DNA of 64,000 bases, from positions 1 to 64,000 of the forward strand of contig RHPI01002368.1 of NCBI GenBank assembly GCA_009103225.1, given 5' to 3'. The stretch is from Chlorokybus atmophyticus (lineage: Eukaryota > Plantae > Mesostigma and Chlorokybus algae). The notes under the pieces are model-generated. The model was not told the DNA's origin and ran no database searches. It saw only the letters and a list, made by a program, of their open reading frames with translations. Made by a program: the position numbers and the translations under genes. Positions 20,301-32,815 of the stretch are shown here, piece after piece. Position 1 is the first letter of the stretch. Each line of letters opens with the position of its first letter.

Positions 20301-20405
20301 AAGTGGACAGCCGCAACTGGTCGGCGGCTGTCACGTTAAAATGTACATGGACAGCCGGCTGTCAATATACATTGACAGCCGCCGACCATTTGCGACTGTC
20401 CACTT
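20301..20405. repeat. Inverted repeat with 33-bp arms and a central palindrome
   Basis: aagtggacagccgcaactggtcggcggctgtca vs tgacagccgccgaccatttgcgactgtccactt (2 mismatches); gacagccggctgtc between them. Confidence 0.85.
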
Positions 20406-22242
20406 TATGGTAAGCGGCGACTGTCGGTGCGGCCTGTCATTTAAATGATGGTACACATTATGTACAATCATACATGTACTAACGATACTTCAGTCATGGT
20501 ACACGTGTAGCGCGCCTGCAAGGATCGCCAACCAGCAACATTGCTGGTCCATACCGCCCCATACATGGTGCGGCACGAAAATGTACGGTGCGCGGCTGCC
20601 GGGCCGCTGAGCCGCGGGTCCTGCTCCTGGGTCCGCATCCAGGAACCAGCGTAGAGTACTAATCCGTGCCGCACCATACAAGGCGGCACGCACCATGTGT
20701 GGTGCGCGACTGCGCGCCAGGTATTGGGGCCTTAACAGAACCATGAACGGTCCGTCCCTCGCGGACCAGACACTCGTGGTCCGCGGGGACGGACCATGTA
20801 TGGCCCGCAGGGTCCGTGGAAGGACCATGCATGGTCCTTGAAAGTCAAGCCGTGTGACCAGAAGTGATGAAGTCGGCATGCTGAGCAAGAACGGTACGCC
20901 AAATGAATCGCTTTGATAGGCCCCTTAAGAAGGACGTGTAATCACATCCTGTGGCAGCATACATGAGAAGGAGTAACCAGCCGCGTCGTCGCTCAGGCAT
21001 GCTGTGCAACTGATGCATGCTGTTCACATGCTCTCTCAGGCGCGTCAAGTTGATGAAGGGGGGGGCGTGTAACTCCACGCCACTGCTGGGCAACCTGCAC
21101 TGTGACATCTTTCAACGTCGTGTCTCAGCTCTCTGTAACTGCAAGCCCAATCATAGTCACATCCGTGTCCGGTGAGAACACTATGATGCTGTTGTAGGGT
21201 GCCTTGTGCGCATGCACCCACACCCGCGAATCTGCTTCCCCGTGGTTGCATGCATAATCCTCCACTTACGCTAGGGACAACTCGCTGGAGCTGCTGCGTG
21301 CTTGAACACGGGCGTGGTCCCCCCACTCAGTGTCATCCGACCCTCCAGAAATCACCAACTCCTGATCAAGCCTTAGGTGACTCGCCACCATAGCAGGAAG
21401 GTGCTCCGTGATGAGCTCGCACAGCAACCGTTTCAAACTGCGGTCTTTGAGCACATCGCGCCAGGACTTTGGCAACTTGGTGTCCATTGCGAGTCTCATC
21501 CCGTTGGCTGCCTCAGCTCCATCGCGCGCACGCTGCATCGAAGACTTCACCCCCGTCTGCCATCTAAGAGTGTCGAAGACGATGTGTACGCTGTGCACGC
21601 TTGGATTGGCAAGGAGGCTCAGCACAGAAGAACGCATCAGGTGCGTGATATAATCCTTGATGGTTCCCTGACCCAGATGGCACTCTTGATTAATCAAAAA
21701 CATGCCTTCGAGGATGATGCACTCTACGCCAACAGGTGCATCAGTCGACCAGCAGCTTGCATCATGAGCGGCTACCTCGCAATTACTGTCTCATCCTGTG
21801 CATTTGCCCTTGACAATAGCTGTGTCAAACGCACCCCCAATGCTGCTACAGACTCCTCCTTCAATTGCTTAGCATTATACGCCTCTCTCATAGCCACGGC
21901 TTTGCTGTTGGCCCGTCCACAATGTGTTTTCAAGCCTTGCCTTGCTAATATCCATAATAACTTAACATCATCCGGTAACTGTCGATATCAACGCCCGGCA
22001 TCCCCCTCCAAGCATACAGAGATTTCTCGTGCACGCTCCCACTATGCCCAATTGTGATAGCGTGTGAATGTCTCTAAAGTATCTACCCAGTTTTTAATAT
22101 CACCTTCGCCAGCAAACTTTGAGGGCCGCGCCCTTCTGTCGTGGCCATGTCCCTCCTCACTCGGGTACCGTGGTTGCATCCGTGCCGTCACCGTCACCGT
22201 CACCAGTGCTTCCAACGTTGCTGTCATCCGGTCCGTCATGTA

Positions 22243-25200
22243 CAATGCACCCTCTCAATAAGGCGCCCTTCAGTAGGAACATCCTCAAAATAAGAACAAA
22301 AATCGGAGGGAACGGATGTCCCACGGGCAAAACCTACCTCCTGATAGGAACAAGAACCCTCGTTTTACGATCCAGGAGTGGCCCCACTAGAGGGTTCTTA
22401 TTTCGAGGGCCATCACGCCTTTAGTCACGCATAAGTCACGCAATTGTGACTAGGGCTGGCACTGGCTGGATGGCGTGCTGGCGGCGGCAGTAGCGGCGGC
22501 GGCGGCGGCGGCGGCGGGGTTCGGCAGGAGCGGAGCGGCAGCAGGGGAACAGGCAAGCGCATACATGTGCATGAGTGAGTTGTGTGTATGTTTGTTAAAT
22601 ATATATATATGTTGAGAGATTATGTCACATGTGCGTCTCAATCGCCGCCTGCCAATTTGTACCGGTCTGAGCGTGTGTGTGCGATAAGAGAGAATGTAAG
22701 CCAACAAATGCGCGCTGTCTGCTTGCTTGCTTGCGGTTGTTTGAGTGTGTGTGTGCATGTGTGCGATACGAGAGAATGTTAGCCAGCAAATGCTTCATGC
22801 CTGCCTGCCTGCTTGCAGTTGTTAGTGTGTGTGTGCATGTGCGCGTGCGTGCATGTGTGACGTGCCTACGTGTTTGCGTGGCTTGCGTGCGTGCGTTCCC
22901 CAAATGGTGTGTTTGTGGATGCTGCGTAGCGCACCATGTACTTGTCAATTGGGAGCATAACATAGCATGAACATGTGGGTACATTGCAGCATGGGATCAC
23001 CCAAGAAGCGGACGAGGTTGACTGACTTGCAGAAGAAGCAGATATGTCAATTGCAAGCCCAACTCAGCTTTGACCCATGACAAGTTTGTAATCGATGTGA
23101 AGAAAAAGCTGAAGCTCACCATTCCACGCTCTAAAGATTTTACAACAAGAAGATAGATTGTTGCAGGTTGATGATAAGCAAGCTGCTTCCAAAAAGACCA
23201 ACCGCAGATGCAAATATGAGATTATTGAGCAGGCGCTGCTGACATGGTTCCTAGTTGTAAGTACACTTGAGTATAATTGCATGTGGCCATTTGTAATGCT
23301 AACATGCGTGCCTATGTGAACAGGCACGAGCAGCATCGCTGCCAATTTCAGGCATGATATTACAAGAGCAGGCGCTGAAGCTGGTGCAAGAGCACGGCCT
23401 TCTTGCCGATGCGTTCAAGGCATCAAATGGTTGGCTGGAGAAGTTCAAGAAAAGGTAAGCACATGTTGTGCCGGCATCAGCAAAAGCACTTGCACATGCA
23501 CATGCACATGCACGTGCACCACTTTTGCACATGCACATTCACATGCACATGCATGTGCAGCAGCATCAGCACTTGCACATGCACGTGCAGTAGCAGCAGC
23601 ACTTGCATTACATGCACACTTACACATGCACATGCAGCACCAGCACATGCGCATGCACACTCAGCAGCACCAGCACTATCTGTGCATGTATATGTGCGTT
23701 AGCACTGGCAGTAACATGTGCACATGCAGGTCCGGTATCGTTTGCAAGAAAGATCATGGCGAAGGCGCTGAGCTGGCGCGAGTTGCTGTCCCACGTGTGC
23801 TGCAAGAGTTGGGCGCTGAACCTGCCAACACCTTCAACATCGATGAAGGCGCCCAGTTTTTTAGAGCCACACCTGATCGTACTCTGGCGTTCGCAGGCGA
23901 AGAAGTGCGCGGCCTTAAGAAGGCCAAGCAGCGCATCACCATCCTGTTTGGTGCCAATGCGGATAGCTTTGAAAAATTAAAGCTACTCCTCATCAACAAT
24001 AGTCAGAGACCAATCATTTGGCAAAAGCTTCAGACCATACGACTTCGTGCATTGGTTTAGCAATCGCAAGGCTTGGATGACAATGCGCATCTTTGAAGAG
24101 TGCATGCGCGCTCTGAACAACTAGATGAGGAGTGTTGATCGACACACTGTCATTCTTTTAGATAATCTCTTTTAGCCTCGTGCCATCAGTTGCCAGGTAC
24201 GTGACTGCATGGTTGCAAAGATGTCTGCCATTGCGCTCTACACTTACCATTGATTATCATGGACAGGTGCTGAGCAAGAGACGCTGCATGGCCTTTTATT
24301 GCTCAGGCTTTTGCACATTACTCTGGTCTTTTTGCCGCCCAACACCACGTAAAAAGTGCAGCCAATGGACCAAGGCATCATCGCAGCGTTCAAGATGCGC
24401 TACAAAAAGCAGTTGGTATCCTGGCTGCTTGCTGTGTTGGAGCTGAACCCATGGACATCGCTAAAGAACATCAAGCCTTCGGAGAAGCAAGCCCTACTAT
24501 GGTCTGCAGATGTGTGTGTGGGACGAAATGTCGGCTACCATCATCAAAAATTGCTTCATTAAAGCAGACTTGTGGCCAGCAGATTGGTTCTACAGCACAT
24601 GCGATGATGACATCCTTGAGCGATCCACCCGTCAAGTTGAGAGCGCGGCGAGCGAGCAATGCGCTGAGTTGGATCAGCTGATTGCGAAGCTTGGCATCAA
24701 TGACCCGCTCTCTGCAGAAGACTATATGATTCTACCTGCAGAAGACATTGTTTAGGCTGTTCTCACTCCTGCTCAGCTGTTAGCTATGCACGAGCCGGTG
24801 GCAGTAGATGTTGATGAGTTGCAGGATGGTGTTAACGATGTTGACGAGGTTATGCCGCAGCCCGTGTCTGTGTCTACAGCCATGCAGTGCGCGGAGCAGC
24901 TGGCTGTGTTTGTTGCAGATAACCCAGAGGTCTTCGATGCAGCGGACATTAAGTGGGTGGAGCGATGCACAAAAAGGATTACTAAAATGGCGATAGCCAA
25001 CATTGGTCGTCTACGGCAAACCACAATATTATGTTTTTGTGGAGATGAGTAGATGCAGCTAGGAGTCAGACGTTTGATGTATGTGGTGCACGTTATAACG
25101 CGCACCACATACAACACGTATCAGCCATCATTATGATAGATATATGTTGCTGTTGCATGCAGTTGCATGTTACTTAATAAACTTGAAATGAAGCATGCTT

Positions 25201-25553
25201 TATATTCTGCATAAGTTCATCTCATGCAATAATAAGCAGGCAACATATATGCATGCGCATCTTTGCAAATGTTGCATAAATGTGCTGAACTTAATGCTGA
25301 GCTGTAGCACCTCTCATATGCTTGGCACTAGCTAAACACATGGGCTATAGTTGTTGGTGTATTTGACAATAGATCAGATTTTACCAGACAAGCATGCTGA
25401 TGTAAATTGCAATTGACCTCGATATAAGCACAATTGTTCCTATCGAGAGTCCTTTCGATAAGAACAATTGTTCTTAATTCGAGGTAAGAACCCCTCGTAA
25501 TAAGCACTGAATAGGGCCGGAACAAACATGGTTCTTATTGAGAGGGTATACTG
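22243..25553 (+). mobile_element. pogo/Tigger-family DNA transposon with 20-bp TIRs and TA duplication
   Basis: Left CAATGCACCCTCTCAATAAG (22243-22262), right CTTATTGAGAGGGTATACTG (25534-25553), TA on both sides. Confidence 0.88.
22991..25052 (+). pseudogene. pogo/Tigger transposase (CENP-B HTH + DDE_1), intron-containing, with stops and frameshifts
   Basis: KRTRLTDLQKKQIC, IEQALLTWF, FKASNGWLEKFKKR, FNIDEG, RITILFGANA, KAWMT, ILLDN, PPNTT*KVQPMDQGII, IKNCF. Confidence 0.9.
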
Positions 25554-26107
25554 TATATCATTCTCTCTCCTCCATCGTCATCACCGGTGGTGGCGGTACT
25601 TCCTGTCCCTGGTTCGCCATTGCCGTGCTGTGCTAGAGTGCTTTTACACTGTACGCCGTCCCTACGGCGTCGTAGCCTTGTACCCCAGTCAAGTCGCCAA
25701 TGGGTGAATGCTTATGCCGGTGCTCTGAGATTGAAGCTGATGGACGGTGGCGATGCACTCTGGCGACGTAGACCAGCGTGAAACTATGTGTGAACACGAC
25801 TGATCGACAGCGTGGTTCGTGTCGAGTTCAGCGGCGCTGTACTGTAGTTGTCTGCCGTCTTGAACGGCTATCAACCAGTTGCAACAATGGCTGAAATGGG
25901 GTTGAACGTGCGGTTTGCGCGTCGATTGCATCCGTTTGTTAGGCGTGTGTACATCGAGGCAAGGCGTAGATGCTACAAGTATCAGCGCTGTGTCTCAGCG
26001 TGATGTTGCACTGAGGCAACGGTGCGCTATTGAAATTTGGCGAAAGTGGCGGTGAGGATGCAGAGTGGTGAAGGTTGTTGTGGGTCGCGGCGGCGGCGGC
26101 GGCCGTT

Positions 26108-28229
26108 ATGGCGGAGGTTGGAAACGTGGCTGCGCTTGTCGAGAACCAATGTCTACGTCTGGAGCAGTGTGAAGCTGCTCGCAAGGAGCGCTGCGACAAC
26201 CAGCGTGACTATGCAAAGCGACGTCGTGAGGAAGACAAGTATGTGGTCACCCAACTCAGGGAGGACTTGGGCTTAAAGAAGTGTAGGATGAACGCAACGG
26301 GTTTTCCTGCATGCACTGACGTCTGGACACACTTGGACATGGGTCGGTGACAATCTTGTCATGAGGGGCAACGAGCAAGTGAGTATGGTCAGCATGGCGC
26401 TTGCGCGTGCGTGACTGTGCATATGTCACAAGACTACTGCATGCAAGTGCATACAGCTTGTTGTGCTGACAGTCTGCGGTGCCTTGAGCAGGATGTGCTG
26501 CGTCTGCCAGTGACTCGGCATGAAGGCATGGCTGAAGAGGTGACACTTATGTGCTAGCAGCTTAATGTGTTGGTGTTGCTAATTGTGCACTGGTGTGCTT
26601 GTGGTATGTTGCATGGAGGTTGATGCATGATGTTCAACGCAGGATGATGTTGACCTCGCGTCTTCAGAGTCAGAGGACGAGGGTCAGGAGAACATCCCTT
26701 CTTTGTCTTCGCAGATGCAAAAGCGGCAGAAGGTGCATCATGCAGCAGGTCTGCAGCAAGTGCCTGGTGCAGCGGCACTGCATACTCAGCAAACTGCACG
26801 TCATGATCGCAATGGCAATGGGGTCCATCCGGGGCCTACCATTAGAATACTAAATAGCAACGCCAAGTCCATTCCGAGAACACAAAAGACTCCTGGTGGA
26901 CAGGCCCCAGGTGGGCGCATGCAGTTCTGAGATATGGTGGGCTGAGATCATGTACTGGACCTGTAATATTGGTTGTAGTTGATATTGGTGGTGTAGGCAG
27001 CCTTGTGACATTGAGAGATACATATGATGTGAGCTTCCTTGTTACTTGAGGATAAGGCGTTGTGTGTTGTGTTGCTTGCAGAGCCTGCTGGGAATGCGCA
27101 TGTGGATGCTGAGGCTGTGCGTGCTGGTGCTACATGTAGACAAACCCGCATATTCATCCAAGTTGAGGTACAACCTATGCCTTGTCATGGGTCTGGCGTG
27201 CAGTGTAGTTGTGTCGAGAGGCCATGATTGAGTGCACTCATGTGTATTTGCAGACATACAGCGTGTGATGTGCATTTGCTCCAAGTGCTTACAAGACAAA
27301 CTGTACACGTTTGCGCCCATAGTGTGCTCAAGGCGGTTGACAGAACATGTGGATACTGCGGGCAACAGCTTTTGCGTGTAGTTCTTGAGGCGGGAAGTGC
27401 AGCGCTTGCAGACGGAACTGGAGATATGCAGTGCTGAGCGTGGTAGAATGGAGTCGGAGATGGCCAACATGCGGGCAGCTCTGCATCTTCGGGAGCAGGG
27501 TGTGCGTGCAGATAGTAGCGCAGAGTTTGCCAGGGCGAAGCGGGAGAAGAGACGGTGGCAGTCCAATTGGCAGGTATGCGTATGCCTGTGTCTGTTGGTG
27601 GGTTGTGCTGAGACTGGGTACATACATACAATTGCGAGTGCATGCCTGTAAGTTGCATATGTTTCTTGCAACTTCATATGGTGTTGGCTTGCCTATAAGT
27701 ACCAGCTGTGTCGTGATGCTTCAGTGCGCCACCGCGTTCCACTGCCAGTGACTCAAACGAAACGTGCAGGAAGTGCGTGAGCAGCTGCGCGAGCAGCACA
27801 CAATCAATCAGACACAGCGACAAGAACCTGCAACATGCGCTGAGGAGGTTTAGGAAGAAATGGACAATATGCAGCTGCGGATGCAGGTGACCTTGTGAAT
27901 TGAAACCGGAAGTCTAAGGCACACTGTGGTACTCGTGAGGGTGGACCGTTCTGACATTGGGGTTGGTGCAGGTGTTAGAGACTAGGGTGCAAGAGGAGGT
28001 CACCAGTCGTGAGAGGCAACAGAGACTCGCAGCAGAGCACAATCGCAATGGCTTCCGTGGATGGTTGGTTGAGCTGGAGGACGTGATGGCGGGCTTGCGT
28101 GAAATTATGCGCACACACAGGGCAGATCAGCCTACACAGCATGATGTGAGGGTGGCGGAGGAGGTGCGAGCGCTGTACAAACGATACTGTGCGTACTGCG
28201 GCCGAGGAGGAAACTGTGGATGCGGTTGA
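26108..28229 (+). CDS. Multi-exon coiled-coil protein, function unknown, possibly decayed
   Basis: Exon-like heptad-rich segments (LRLEQCEAARKER, VQRLQTELEICSAER, VQEEVTSRERQQRL) with GT..AG boundaries; ends YCAYCGRGGNCGCG. Confidence 0.45.
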
Positions 28230-28399
28230 CTGTGCAGTCAAAGATGTCGCTGCGCAGCTGATGCAACGTGACGCTGTTGTGCTCCTAACCGCTAGCCGTC
28301 AAGTATAAGATACAAAAAGCCAGGGTGTTGTTGAGAGCTGTTTAAGCCAAGATTCTAGGCGCTTACCTCCCTGTCACTGGTGCAAGGCAGCAAGGCACC

Positions 28400-30945
28400 T
28401 TGCTCATTGCGACGTGGGCTGACCCCTTGGCATGTCTTCTACGGCATGCAGGCAGGGTGACCGATGTCCCAACAAGCACGCAGGCCAAGCGCAGTGCATG
28501 CACTTCAGCGGATGACAATGTAGTACCTGAAGAGATGCTTCGGGTGCTCAATAAGCTCATGGAGACAGAGAGGCAGAGGTTAGTGGAGAGGAACAAAGTT
28601 GACCACGACTTGCGCTATGTGGACTGGAAGCAGGAGTGGGAGACCTTTGGTGAACAGATCCAAAAGGTGTTTGGTACATTGACCGGCTTGCGTGTGATGG
28701 CGCGGCTTAATTCAACGGGGCCTCGTCACGCGCATGCGCTGATAGTCCTGCGCAACAAGACTTTATTCTTCATGCACTCGGCTATCTATGCTAGGAGCAA
28801 ATGGGCATACTCACCAATGCACATGTCGGTGACGGATGCTGTGGATACTGAAACCACCGGCAACAAGGTTATAATACCATTGAACCGCCTAGGGGTGACT
28901 GTCAGCCGGAGCCACATCGACCGACACATACACAGGCGAGCTGTCCATAACATGAACTCCTTGGCAAGACTGCAGCCACGACCAGGGATGCATGTGCTTG
29001 CATCGATTGACAACATGGATGTGAGAGCGGGTCACCAGTCTAAATTTAAAGGCAGGGCAACGGGAGACATCCATGCGACGTCCACTCCGCTGACCTCCAC
29101 TCTTGGGCGCGAACGTACTAGACCTGTGGAGCTCAATGTCAGTGCTTGCGTGCCGAATACCCGTGTGGATGCGTGTCAACAGTCAGCAGCATGCACCTGT
29201 AACGACGCCAGACTTGCTGACCTGTGCAGCCAACTCGCTGTCGCACTCTGCAAGAGGCCATGATGACAGCTCCAATGGAAGAAGCAATACCTCCAGGGTC
29301 AGCAAGACCGCGCTTGCCAGTCATTATGCGCAGCGCACCCATCCTCACAATGCTGCCAGAAGAGACCTCAGCCCTAGAGACATTCAAACGCACAATGCAT
29401 AACACGGTGGTGATGCGAATGCGAAGGGAGAACCAGGATGCTTTACCTACTCTTAAGGACGATTAGGCACGTTATCTCGGGACTGCCTGCAGTGAGCCCA
29501 ACCCTGATGTGAACGACATTGAGTACTTGCCTGTTCTTCCCTTCTGTCCGGATAAGATAGACAACTTGAAGGTTGCGTTGATGCACCTGCGAAGAAAGAT
29601 TGTACTTAGTGACCGAGAATCAAAGATCTGTATCACCGGAGACCAGAAGACTTTTCCGTCGATGGTAGCTCTTAAGAACGCCGAGCCAGGTTACTGGGAT
29701 TGGTTTGTGCCCATACCTGGCGACTTTCACGTGCTAATGAATATGCAACCAATGTTGATGAGATCTACTTAGATGCCGGGCTGGATGCTTTCGCACCTGA
29801 GGCCGGTTATTCAGCCAGCACCTTTCGCAACCATCTCATGGATGGCTCACACTGGAAGCGTATCAACAGCTTCCTCTGCAAAGAGTGGGAGGCATTATAT
29901 TGGCGCATGTGTGTGCTATGGTGGGCAGAGGCGGATGCAGAAACAAAGGCAATGTGTGAAGAGGATGTCCGACAGCATGGAGTCCATGCTGCACAGGCTC
30001 GCATCTTCCTAGAGCGCTAGTGTGAAGACAAGGCCACGCATGATGATATGTTTTAGCGGTGGTGGAACCTTGTAAACAGGGATATGCTTCACTATTTGGG
30101 CCTGTTTTGCGGTGTGCGCTAAAAGATATGGCACCTGCGATTGGCCAGCTGGAAGGGTCTGTCCCCGTTTCCTTTCGCTTGGGACCGCTTCTATTATCAA
30201 CGCCTCATGACACTCCACCTTGCGGACCTGCAAGTCATCCCGCCAAGTCTGCTTGACATGCTGGGATCGGGTGGCTTTGCGGTGAGCTTAACAGGTGCAC
30301 CAGGTCGACATGTGGCGCTTGACGACGCCCATGAGTGCCAGGTGAATGGAGACATGAAGATGACTTTGTGCAAGCCTACCAACGAACAGCTACGGCAGAA
30401 GTCACAGTACGTGGGGGAGCGCAGTGAGTCTCAGAAGCAGCTCGGGCGCCAACTTTTTAGGATATTACACCTACGATGAATGATGGACGACGCCGACGCT
30501 GACGATGACTATGCCAGAGTGCTTCGCATGCTTGCAACAGATGCCTCTCGCTGCGGTAGTGATCTGAGACACATTGGAGCTACTCGAGAGCACTGGTGCT
30601 CTCGTCAGACCACCAGTGCATCAGTTGACACATCTAACGACTAAAGCACTAGGTTCACCCGCTGCAGCTGCTGACCTTGCACGTCATAACTCGATGGGTG
30701 TGGCAGCCATGAGCAATTTTGTGCAAGTGGAAATTTGCAGAAAGGCATATGCCTGCAAGGTGACAAGGAAATCCAACCTGCACACTATGGCGCCACCCAA
30801 GAAACGCGCAACCAAGCAGGCCACAGTGTTGAAGCAGTACAAGCAGCAAATGCTTGTTGCAAAGCGATTGGCGTCTACTGGAGCAGATAGTGAGACAGTG
30901 ACAGCGCGCTACTGCGAACATCCGTGGGCGCTCTTTGGCGAGTTC
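28400..30945 (+). mobile_element. Academ-type transposase, N-terminal/catalytic half, decayed
   Basis: LNRLGVTVS, SIDNMD, ITGDQKT, FVPIPGDFHVLMN, FAWDRFYYQRL..HLAD, FAVSLTG, VALDDAHECQVNGDMK, YCEHPWALF; multiple stops. Confidence 0.78.
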
Positions 30946-31450
30946 TAATAGTTGATTCACTAGTGAATCAACCTTAGTTCACTACCTTATCGGCCTTGTG
31001 AAACACTCTACTAGTGAACTAACTTAGTTCACCAGTGATTCACCTTTGGCTCTCTCTTCTATTAATCCCCTCATATTAGGGTGATTCACTTAGTTCACTT
31101 ACGAACCCCTAGTGAACTATTTTAGTTCATGTTCGTAACTGAACCAGTGAACTAATTTAGTTTACTATGTTGATTCACTTCTCAGGTGAATCAACCCCTT
31201 CGCGAACTCATTTCGCGAAGTCCTTTTCGCTCACCCTAATACTAATTCTAGGATTAATACTCACGAAGTGTCCTCCTACCTGCTTAGCCTCGCACCCCGC
31301 GTTTCCCACTCGCGGTCGCGACCCCCACTTATGCGTGCAGCGGACTTAGCAATTTCGCGAAGTCCGCATTCATTCGGCAATGGGGTATTTAACCCTATTT
31401 TTGGCTTTTCGTTAATTCACTAATTAGCGAACCTAGGTAGGCTACTTCGC
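30946..31450. repeat. Array of short palindromic motifs (TTCACTAGTGAA, TTCGCGAA), probable subterminal region of a TIR element
   Basis: gttgattcactagtgaatcaac and many ttcac/gtgaa half-sites start exactly where the transposase frame ends. Confidence 0.45.
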
Positions 31451-31799
31451 TCTAGTCAAAAGATCTAAATAAGCCGCCTTGGATTGGCCTAAATAAACAT
31501 TATATTTTTTAATTACACATGCTTTTTCCTATGATGTTTCACGCAATTGACCCCATAAGCCCACATCGCGTTGATAAATCATTATACTAAAGCCATGTGC
31601 TTTTATCTTCCTACTCAAGACGCCCATACATACATAAATAGGTTAATTCCTAGTCAACCACTTCTAATCAGATGCATGTAAATGCTCTAACTAGCCAGGC
31701 CTACAATTAGCGATGCATTGCACTCGTGTTAAAGCTCAAACACAAACACACGCATTCAAAGCTTGTATAACAAGCCAAGATAATCCAACCAAGGTTTAT

Positions 31800-32815
31800 A
31801 AAACTTTTGTCTCTCGCTAAATAAACTTATATATATACCGTACATGACCAGCTATAGTAGCTAGGCCGTAACAGGAGTGCTTGGTGAAAAGGAAGGAATG
31901 CGAGGGCAACCTGAAGAGAGCACTGTTGGTGTGCTTGGTGGAAGGAAGGGGAGCGAGAGGCAACCCTTAAGGTCGAGCATCGTGATGTGTTTAACAAAAC
32001 TTCCGAAGAGGGGAGCGAGGGCAGTCCTTGATCGAGCATCGGGCGTTGGAGGCTATACGTGGGGCATGTGAGAAAGCGTGGGAGCATGCTGGAAGCGTGG
32101 GTACGTTGGAAGCTGTGGAGCATGTGAAGACAACCGAAAAGGTTGTGGAGAGGGATACATATGTCGGGGGGGGGAGGAGATTCCAGTGCAAGTCGTCACG
32201 AGGGTTTTGGTTGGGGATGTGCTTTGACATAGACAAGGCTAGTATAGGGCTTGTGGTTGTCATACATCTGGTTCGCTTCAACGAGGATGGACTTTGCTAC
32301 ATGGAGGACAACGATGTGCACAAGGTTGTTGCTGCGTTAACAACAATGGGTGAGAAGGAAGGTTCAAGACACCGCAAGGTCAAAGCAAGAGGAGGCAACA
32401 TGATGAGGAAGAGAAGGATGGCGTGGGAGCTCGCCGTGCGTGAAGAACGAGTCGGAGGTGTTGAAGACCAAGCTGCCCGCGTAGGAGTGTTGAAGGTATT
32501 ATCGGAGTGATACTTATATCCGGTCAGCTTGCCCTTCACACAGGAGTCGAGGGTCGAAGGTACCATGGAAGAAGCGCGTGGACTCCAGACTTAGCAAGAC
32601 GGTCGAGTCAGGACGGACTCCGGAGCAGATGAGAGCCTTGGGAGAAATCGCGTAGCTTTGTGGATACGTAAGCATAGCAAGCGTGGCTTAGCTTGTTGAA
32701 AAGCTCTGGTTGTGAGCTAGACAGCGTAGCTTACAGAGCAGCAATCGGCTGAGTATGCTTGACGCGGTGCTTGCTAATGTAGACGTGTGTAGAGACTGGC
32801 GGGGTATAAAGCCGG
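31800..32815 (-). mobile_element. Unclassified repeat family, copy 1
   Basis: Shares ggcttt(t)atacccgccag, agagcttt(t)caa and aagggcaagctgaccg with 33590-35035 and 41450-41920. Confidence 0.55.

Larger units (their letters stand above)
18765..20840. mobile_element. Non-coding insertion(s) in the Academ ORF, ends rich in GGACC/GGTCC motifs
   Basis: Transposase reading frame stops at about 20845 and resumes at about 18752; both ends of the gap are dense in GGWCC; AT-rich and (TA/CA)n interior. Confidence 0.5.
18077..22030 (-). mobile_element. Academ-type DNA transposon, C-terminal half (XPG/PIN-like nuclease + Cys-rich finger), decayed and interrupted at about 18765-20840
   Basis: CIILEGMFLI, VHIVFD, EADSRVWVH, VFSPDTDV, YAATGCDYTSFLRGLSK, MPTVDAL*LHALR, CGCKQGRCNTRRCKCKKAGKICTESCSSIGCEN, acidic tail. 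Confidence 0.75.
22042..25699 (-). mobile_element. LTR retroelement 5' remnant (putative PBS + gag N-terminus) split by the pogo insertion
   Basis: TGGCGACTTGACTGGGG at 25699-25683 after a CA; ATG at 25620; after removing the pogo the frame continues to RPSKFAGEGDIKNWVDTLETFTRYHNW, a gag-type motif. Confidence 0.55.

Noticed and set aside
21377-22057. 226-aa plus-strand ORF
   Set aside because: Antisense to the Academ XPG-like region.
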